64,000 nt of DNA. It comes from a virus. The first letter of the stretch is position 1; the number at the start of each line of letters is the position of its first letter. The translations under genes and the position numbers were made by a program. Location: positions 8,522-72,521 of IMG/VR virus record IMGVR_UViG_3300035034_001216, one strand, 5' to 3'. The notes below the pieces were generated by a model. It saw only the letters and a program-made list of their open reading frames with translations, did not search any database and was not told the DNA's origin. Positions 57,829 to 64,000 of the stretch are shown here, piece by piece.

Positions 57829-58323
57829 TTACATTATTAAAAGTTTTTCTTCTTTTTCTAGTTCTTTTTGTAACTCTTTACATTCTTTATAACTTTCATA
57901 AAAAAATTTAATCTGAGATCTAATATCAGACATATTTTTTATATCTTGTTCTACATTTGCTAGACATTCTGTTATATCATCGCCAAATATAAGTTCAAAC
58001 CCAAAAGGATCTTGATCTCTAAATTTACGTGCTATTCCTATACACATTAATTTTGAAAAAGCTCTCCAAGGCAATACAGATCTTGAGTATACTTCTGGAT
58101 ATTTTGATCCTTCTTTTGAAATAACAACCATATATTCAAGATTTTTTTTACTAAGATTTGTTATAAAAATCTTACATGATGATACTTTAGCTATTTTAAA
58201 ATTAGAGAAATAAAATTCATACAAAAGTTTAGGTAATATATTAAATACCTCAACCGTTCCTAAAGCTAAAGGCTCTTCCTTTTTTGAGGCGTTCAATAAA
58301 TCTTTGAAGTTTATTACTGACAT
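57829..58323 (-). CDS. hypothetical protein
   Basis: 164-aa ORF. Confidence 0.55.
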   Translation of the reverse strand: MSVINFKDLLNASKKEEPLALGTVEVFNILPKLLYEFYFSNFKIAKVSSCKIFITNLSKKNLEYMVVISKEGSKYPEVYSRSVLPWRAFSKLMCIGIARKFRDQDPFGFELIFGDDITECLANVEQDIKNMSDIRSQIKFFYESYKECKELQKELEKEEKLLIM

Positions 58324-58468
58324 GTTCGTTATCTTCTATGTATAAAATAGTATTTCTTTCAATTTCAATTCCTCGCAGTTTAACATTTTTTCTTCTTTCT
58401 TTTAAAGAGGAAAGCAGCTTGATAGCTGCCTCCCTATTTTCGAATTCTTCTGTATAACCCCCTATCAT
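58250..58468 (-). CDS. hypothetical protein
   Basis: 72-aa ORF with an ATGA overlap with the upstream gene. Confidence 0.45.
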   Translation of the reverse strand: MIGGYTEEFENREAAIKLLSSLKERRKNVKLRGIEIERNTILYIEDNEHVSNKLQRFIERLKKGRAFSFRNG

Positions 58469-59169
58469 GCTTCTTGAATTAAAGATTCTTGAGCTTCTAA
58501 TGTTTCTTTGCTAGAAAACATTTCGGGGAGTCCTAAAGCAGGAAGAATAATTTCGTCTTTATAACGGTTTCTTAATCCTATCAGTTCTTTTCTCATTTTA
58601 AACATTTTAGCTTGATCAGTTTCAAACATTCTGTAATTCTCTTTAAGCTCTCTTTGCTTTTCAAAGAATTTATCTATCTTTAGAGAGGATGCTGTATGAT
58701 CTTTCATTTCACCATACAATAGTTGTTTAGCAAAATGAAATGTTACTTTAGATGAGTCCTGAATATTTAAAACTATTCCGGGATTCTTTAGAGCTCTTCC
58801 TCTTGATATAATGTTAGCAAGTTTTCTACTCCAAGGTCTTTTTTCAGTTTCAGTTCTTCTTGAAAAGCCAAAACGGAATTCATCTTTGACTACTTTTAAA
58901 CATACTGTATAATGGATATTACGTTGTATGAAATGTTTCATAATTTCCATACCACTTAAAGCTTTAAGCTCATCTTCATTTAAGATTCTATCTTTTTTCT
59001 TAGATGTAGTTAAAGAATCGTTTGTTTGAATTGGTTCAGTATCTGACATATCGTATTTGTTTTTTTTAATTTTTAGGTATAACTCCTTATAATTTTTTTC
59101 TTTAAAATCATTTGAGTTAGAAGATGTTTGTTTTGGAAAGTGTTTGAATCTTTTTCTTTTTCTAGCCAT
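58465..59169 (-). CDS. hypothetical basic protein
   Basis: 234-aa ORF. Confidence 0.6.
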   Translation of the reverse strand: MARKRKRFKHFPKQTSSNSNDFKEKNYKELYLKIKKNKYDMSDTEPIQTNDSLTTSKKKDRILNEDELKALSGMEIMKHFIQRNIHYTVCLKVVKDEFRFGFSRRTETEKRPWSRKLANIISRGRALKNPGIVLNIQDSSKVTFHFAKQLLYGEMKDHTASSLKIDKFFEKQRELKENYRMFETDQAKMFKMRKELIGLRNRYKDEIILPALGLPEMFSSKETLEAQESLIQEA

Positions 59170-59458
59170 TTTTGAGTTCTTTTTTAAGTTGTTTTAACTT
59201 TTCTTTTTCTTCTGTTGTTTTTTCAAAAACAGAATCATTTCTTTTATGTTTCAAAGCATAGCCAGAAAACTTTAAATAACGTTCTTGCGTTTTAATAGGA
59301 GAAAAAGACTTTTTCTTTTGTTTGATGTTTCTAACAGCATTATTAAATTGAAATGCGAGTTCTTCATGAAGTCCTTCCCAAGGTTTTACAGGGTTTTTAA
59401 TTTTACCAGTTATTAACTTTAATGTGTGTGGGTTGATGTTATTTCTTAATGTTGACAT
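59162..59458 (-). CDS. hypothetical basic protein
   Basis: 98-aa ORF. Confidence 0.55.
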   Translation of the reverse strand: MSTLRNNINPHTLKLITGKIKNPVKPWEGLHEELAFQFNNAVRNIKQKKKSFSPIKTQERYLKFSGYALKHKRNDSVFEKTTEEKEKLKQLKKELKNG

Positions 59459-59491
59459 AATTGTTTATTGATTTATTGATTTATTTATTAA

Positions 59492-61291
59492 TTACCAGTT
59501 AGTGTGGTCACCACCTGTAGTTTGTTCAGCAACAATAGGACGTATTCTTTCTGCAACATCGTTTAAACTAACGAATTCAACTCTGTCACTATTATGGTAT
59601 CGTCCATCATAAGGACGAGTTTGTCTCTGAGATCTTTTATCCATTAAGTATTTATTCATAACAACTTCATTTATATTTTGAAACGCTGACCTTAAAGATT
59701 CTAAAGATCCACTACTAGATGTCTTTATTTTTTTACTTTCAGGGTTTAAAAACAATCTTTGAAAATAAGTAAGAAAATTTCCATTAAATCTACCTAGAAT
59801 AAAATCCATTAATAATTCTTTATTTTTTTCTTCCTTCATGGAGTTTCTAAATAGTTCTGCAATTACAGGATTGTAAATATCATGAATTATCATATAATCA
59901 ATAATAAACTCTAAGTAACCATATCCCTTTTTTCTTTCAACTGATCCTTGATTGATAGCCCTGACAATACTATTAAAAATAAAATAAGTTAAAAAAGAAC
60001 AGTAATTTTCATTACTAACAAAATTGGCTTTAAAATCAGTTATTGATTTATCATTTAATTTATTAATAGATAACTTATTATAATCTACAATATCTTGTTT
60101 GTTAAACATTCTATAACAAAAATCATCTTGTGATATAAGTTTACTTTCTTCAATTGCATGAATAAAATAATCCATATTAAAAGCTTCATCTTTACAATTA
60201 ACTATTAATACAATTAAATAATCAATTAATTTTTTAGTTTTATTGGTATCTCCTAACAAATTATTTATAATAACCGAATGTAAATTACGACTTCTGACAT
60301 TGTTGTAGTTTGTTAATGCTGCAAACATATTATTTAAGTGTACACTAATGTAATTAAGATGATGGTTATAATTAAACGCTAAATATTCCAATAATATTTT
60401 TGATAAAGAATTAGCATTTTCTTCTGACAATTCGGATTTTTCAGTTAAATTTTTATATATCACTCTAGCATTAAAAGTATTAGATTTTAGTTTAAATTGA
60501 CCATCCACTATTACTTTAAATGAATAAGGCTTTATTCTAGAAATCTCATGATTCTTTTTCATAATCAGTTTTGAACCACTTTCTGGTGATGAATTATAAA
60601 AATGAGAATTGACAGCATCAAACCCTTTTGCTAAGTCTTTATCTTCTGCTGCTATAGCTTTTTTACTTAAAAAGTCTATTAAATTATAAAGCTTAGTCTT
60701 ATTTAAACTATCGAACTTAATAGAAATTTTTGAATCAAAATCTAAACTACATGTGTATTTTTCGATTGGAGGCTCAAAACAAATATTAATTTTTTTATCA
60801 ACAATACAATATGAGTTTTGATTAGAAACAATATAATTTAACATACTAACCCCAATCATTTTATATTGAGAGTGCTTATCTCTATATTCTAGGTTATTAC
60901 TACCATTACTGTTCTTATTAAGATTCAATACAACAGTTAAATCTATGTTAAATGTTTTATTAACATGATTTATTGTAATAGGAACGCCTATATAAAAATC
61001 TCCAGTTTCATAACACAAAACATATTTTGATTCTGGAGTATTTTTGTTCTTTATTGAATCAAAAGGTATTTTATTTATTGGTATTGATAGTCCATTATTT
61101 TTGATAGATGAACATTTTGATACAAAAAAAGCGTAAAATGGTACTAATGTTTTTATTTTTGACATAATTTCGGAATGTTTGGTTTTTAGTTTTTTAAGTT
61201 TTCTTTTTTGTATTTTTAAATTTATATCGAATGGATCTAAAAAGATTAGCCATATCAAAATAAACATAAGTAATATAATTAAGTATGGCAT
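59492..61291 (-). CDS. membrane-anchored hypothetical protein
   Basis: 599 aa with N-terminal hydrophobic helix YLIILLMFILIWLIFL followed by a Lys-rich stretch. Confidence 0.65.
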   Translation of the reverse strand: MPYLIILLMFILIWLIFLDPFDINLKIQKRKLKKLKTKHSEIMSKIKTLVPFYAFFVSKCSSIKNNGLSIPINKIPFDSIKNKNTPESKYVLCYETGDFYIGVPITINHVNKTFNIDLTVVLNLNKNSNGSNNLEYRDKHSQYKMIGVSMLNYIVSNQNSYCIVDKKINICFEPPIEKYTCSLDFDSKISIKFDSLNKTKLYNLIDFLSKKAIAAEDKDLAKGFDAVNSHFYNSSPESGSKLIMKKNHEISRIKPYSFKVIVDGQFKLKSNTFNARVIYKNLTEKSELSEENANSLSKILLEYLAFNYNHHLNYISVHLNNMFAALTNYNNVRSRNLHSVIINNLLGDTNKTKKLIDYLIVLIVNCKDEAFNMDYFIHAIEESKLISQDDFCYRMFNKQDIVDYNKLSINKLNDKSITDFKANFVSNENYCSFLTYFIFNSIVRAINQGSVERKKGYGYLEFIIDYMIIHDIYNPVIAELFRNSMKEEKNKELLMDFILGRFNGNFLTYFQRLFLNPESKKIKTSSSGSLESLRSAFQNINEVVMNKYLMDKRSQRQTRPYDGRYHNSDRVEFVSLNDVAERIRPIVAEQTTGGDHTNW

Positions 61292-61309
61292 ATATTGGTT
61301 TTAATTAAT

Positions 61310-61377
61310 AAAAAAAAGAGAGGGATGTTACGTCTTTTTGGAACTAGTATACCTCATACGAGTGATCCCCCTCTTTT
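61310..61377 (-). terminator. terminator-like stem with a large (~38 nt) loop and U8 tail
   Basis: - strand AAAAGAGGGGGAU...AUCCCUCUC-UUUUUUUU. Confidence 0.55.
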
Positions 61378-61394
61378 AACCTAAAACTACCACA

Positions 61395-62225
61395 TTATGA
61401 TAGTTCACTTGAATTAGTTGTTTGCTTTATGAAAGCCTTAATTTGTTCAATGCTTTTTTTTACTTCGGCAGCCTCATATAATACTTTTATTTTACGTTCA
61501 ATATACCAAGAATAAACGCTATTAAAGAACAAAGTTTCAAATAACAATTGATTGTCAGTTGTTACTTTTAAACGATTAATAATATCATAGTCAAAAAACA
61601 TTAAGTATCTTTTTAGGATTCTAGATAATTCAATAAGTTTAACTATAAAAATTACTTGGGATACTATAGTTGCAAGGCAATAAACTAGTAATAACACTAA
61701 AATAATTCCAATGTCGTTACCATTTATTTTAATAAAAAAGCCTAAATGTAATAAAAGAATTAAAAAATTATAAATAATGAATTGTGTTTTCAATTCAAAC
61801 TTAATATTTTTAAATACAATAATAACATTATTACGGTTTCTTGGGCGTACATCAATTAAACAAAGGTTTATTTTTATATAACAATTAAAAATAATCATTA
61901 ATAGTGTAAAAGAAATTATATATAGAAAAGTTCTAAGTATACCGATTGTTATAATTAAAATAGGAACTTGATCATTACTCTTAGTTTTTATTTGTGGTTC
62001 AACATTCGGATGATCAAACGTTTCTTTACTTGTGATATCAAAGAATTCAGCCTTCTCATTATACACATCATATGTTATACATTGAACCCACATAGTATCT
62101 TTACCATCAGGAGATGTATGCATATATGTTTCAACATGTTTATTACATGATGTAAGACTAATAATTGTTAATAATAATAATAAAAATCTCATAATGTTTA
62201 TTTTAGGTTTGTTTATGTTAGACAT
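61395..62225 (-). CDS. putative lipoprotein / multi-pass membrane protein
   Basis: MRFLLLLLTIISLTS-C lipobox-like signal (from Met12), then about three hydrophobic helices. Confidence 0.6.
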   Translation of the reverse strand: MSNINKPKINIMRFLLLLLTIISLTSCNKHVETYMHTSPDGKDTMWVQCITYDVYNEKAEFFDITSKETFDHPNVEPQIKTKSNDQVPILIITIGILRTFLYIISFTLLMIIFNCYIKINLCLIDVRPRNRNNVIIVFKNIKFELKTQFIIYNFLILLLHLGFFIKINGNDIGIILVLLLVYCLATIVSQVIFIVKLIELSRILKRYLMFFDYDIINRLKVTTDNQLLFETLFFNSVYSWYIERKIKVLYEAAEVKKSIEQIKAFIKQTTNSSELS

Positions 62226-62533
62226 TCAGGCAGTTCGGATGCTTTCTTTAAGTTATCGGTAAACTCTATTAAATGCCCCATGTTAGATAAAAGAACTAAA
62301 CGTTCATTATCATGTGTTTGAATATGAAACTTAATTTGGCTTGATTTCATGTTAATATCTCTATTAAAAGAGTTCATGTTTTTGTGAGCAAAATTAGCTG
62401 TTAGATATTCAAATTGTTTTTTCGTAATTACTTTCCACCCATTTGTTTTATTTAACTCTCTAATAAGAGATATAGGTGTTAAATCTTTATTCCAAATTAT
62501 TTTCATGACCTTGCATATTGATTTCTCCAACAA
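62213..62533 (-). CDS. hypothetical protein
   Basis: 106-aa ORF; likely start MKIIW. Confidence 0.5.
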   Translation of the reverse strand: MLEKSICKVMKIIWNKDLTPISLIRELNKTNGWKVITKKQFEYLTANFAHKNMNSFNRDINMKSSQIKFHIQTHDNERLVLLSNMGHLIEFTDNLKKASELPECLT

Positions 62534-62856
62534 TGACCGTATTTTTTATTAATTTCTCTACGAGATTCTTGGACAATTATATTTCTTTGTTTTTTTGTAG
62601 CATTACCAATTTCTTTAATCTTTTTATCAATTAATTTAGCTAACTCTTTACGAATAGCTTTAGTACCTTTAGCGAAATATTTAGGGTCGTGATCTATATT
62701 GATCACCCTCCCATCTTTAAGCTGGAAAAGCTCCGTCTTTTTCCATTCTTTATCTAGTCTCGTATTTGTTCTAGGAAATCCACTACCTTCACCAAGATAT
62801 TCTCCTGTGATATAGTCGTCATCTCCATTTATTAATGCTTCTGCATGTTCTCCCAT
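62503..62856 (-). CDS. hypothetical protein
   Basis: 117 aa with N-terminal MGEHAEALING...GEYLGEGSGFPR. Confidence 0.6.
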   Translation of the reverse strand: MGEHAEALINGDDDYITGEYLGEGSGFPRTNTRLDKEWKKTELFQLKDGRVINIDHDPKYFAKGTKAIRKELAKLIDKKIKEIGNATKKQRNIIVQESRREINKKYGHCWRNQYARS

Positions 62857-62883
62857 AATTTCTATGTTTTAAGTTTTAGGTTT

Positions 62884-62917
62884 AAAAAATGAGCAGTTTA
62901 AACACATGCTCAGGTGC
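62884..62917 (-). terminator. hairpin or pseudoknot followed by U6
   Basis: - strand GCAC-CUGAGCA-UGUGUUUAAAC-UGCUCA-UUUUUU, just after the AAA ATPase stop. Confidence 0.5.
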
Positions 62918-62929
62918 TGATTCTACATC

Positions 62930-63787
62930 TTAAACTTCTTGAATCAATGTGTCAATTTGACTGTTAGTCATTGAAACATTGTAAACTTCTTCAATAAATT
63001 TAGTTTTGATCTCATCAAGAGTTTTGTCTTTTGATAGAAGTTTAGTTACATCTCTTAAAGATGCTTTCTGAAGTTTTATAGACTTACTAAGAGTCTCATT
63101 CATTCCTGAAATAATCTCAAATACTGTCTCTTCTTCATTTATTGTTGTAAACTCTATAGTTTTTTTGATTCTTGATGGTCTATCAAGAATAGTCTTTGGA
63201 ATCTTGTCCAGATAGTTTGTCATGAACATGTAGAAAGCACCTTCAACGGTTTCTTTACCATCTAACAGTTGCTTAAAATTACTCTCATGATTTCGAAGTT
63301 GATATTCACATTCATCCATAATGAATACTTTCATTGTAGCTGCGGGGACATTTAATTCCTTTAACACATACTTAATAAACATAATTTCAGAATAACAACT
63401 AACACTAAATACAATAGCATTACAATCTTTTACTAACTGTTGTGCAATTGTATAACCAGCTGTTGTTTTACCAGTTCCTTGCTTACCATAAAGGATTGAA
63501 CCATAACTCATATTCATATTCAATTCTTTGTGAATTAAATAACTTTTATGTGAGAAATAGTTTTTTATCTCTTGTATTGGAAATTGTTTTTCCGATGGAT
63601 TGTATTTACTTGATGGAACTTTTACGTTCTTATCAACATTGATATGAAAGTTAGTCCCAAAAGGAGTTCTTTGTCCACTAACAATATAAAATCCCGGTTC
63701 AAATTGTTTTTTAACAACAAAACCTTTGTCTACAATTGCTAATTTTCCTCCTTTGTTTTCTATTATTACTTTACTTTTTTTACTCAT
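62930..63787 (-). CDS. AAA+ ATPase
   Basis: YGKQGTGKT, IMDECE, QLLDG, MTNY and DRPSRI. Confidence 0.85.
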   Translation of the reverse strand: MSKKSKVIIENKGGKLAIVDKGFVVKKQFEPGFYIVSGQRTPFGTNFHINVDKNVKVPSSKYNPSEKQFPIQEIKNYFSHKSYLIHKELNMNMSYGSILYGKQGTGKTTAGYTIAQQLVKDCNAIVFSVSCYSEIMFIKYVLKELNVPAATMKVFIMDECEYQLRNHESNFKQLLDGKETVEGAFYMFMTNYLDKIPKTILDRPSRIKKTIEFTTINEEETVFEIISGMNETLSKSIKLQKASLRDVTKLLSKDKTLDEIKTKFIEEVYNVSMTNSQIDTLIQEV

Positions 63788-63887
63788 AACGTGTTTGTTT
63801 TAGATTAATATGTATATAGTCTGTATTTACACGGGCTGCTAACCGTCCTTGGCTACATTACGCATACACTTAACGTTGTGCATAATG

Positions 63888-64000
63888 CTACCGTACACCA
63901 TACAACGACCAAACCATTCCAGTAAATAAACCTTTGTATGCATTACAATCTATTCGTTCACCTATTTCCTTTTGGTAGTATAATTCAGGCTCGCACTTTA
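63888..64000 (-). CDS. 3' end of a gene truncated by the window edge
   Basis: Open frame ...KCEPELYYQKEIGERIDCNAYKGLFTGMVWSLYGVR*. Confidence 0.35.
   Translation of the reverse strand, partial: KCEPELYYQKEIGERIDCNAYKGLFTGMVWSLYGVR

Noticed and set aside
59461-59491. TTTATTGA short tandem repeat in an intergenic gap
   Set aside because: Low-complexity A-rich leader of the downstream - strand gene, with no further structure.
32602-63642. Short + strand ORFs and nested alternate-frame - ORFs inside the replication block
   Set aside because: They are antisense or out-of-frame shadows of well-supported genes such as nrdJ, primase, the GATases and polB.
1-64000. Stop-codon reassignment (TAG or TGA), as seen in some crAss-like phages
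   Set aside because: Genes up to 8.3 kb are open in the standard code, and TAG/TGA act as true stops at tight gene junctions (for example 27119 and 42708).
1-64000. tRNA genes, CRISPR arrays, diversity-generating retroelement, integrase or transposase
   Set aside because: No cloverleaf, repeat-spacer array, reverse transcriptase or recombinase motif was seen by eye. The intergenic gaps are mostly too short.

Overview
This is an AT-rich, densely coding segment of a crAss-like (Crassvirales-type) phage, probably with a Bacteroidota host, read in the standard genetic code. The + strand (1-31610) carries a ring/structural gene end, an IHF-like gene, tail tubular and tail stabilization (muzzle-type) genes, and virion cargo genes. 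The cargo genes include a 2784-aa protein with SF1-helicase and zincin domains, a 644-aa protein with a C-terminal ADP-ribosyltransferase, a 2415-aa virion RNA polymerase and a 1494-aa zincin/PD-(D/E)xK protein. A bidirectional terminator at about 31631-31668 separates these from a convergent - strand block. That block encodes nucleotide metabolism (MazG-like, NrdJ, ThyA, Ung), replication (primase, SF4 and SF2 helicases, flap nuclease, resolvase, PolB) and a six-gene amidoligase/ATP-grasp/GATase/GGCT cluster. The main finding is that polB is split by a predicted 2522-nt group I intron (54168-56689, - strand). Its ribozyme elements (IGS/P1, P2, P, Q, R, S, P9, omega-G) are scattered across four or five nested ORFs, none with a homing-endonuclease motif. 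Long-range stems that cover translation-start regions close off the loop insertions, and one ORF reads straight through the catalytic core. Splicing would restore a 630-aa PolB in frame. All calls come from motif reading and base-pairing by eye; no searches or folding programs were run.
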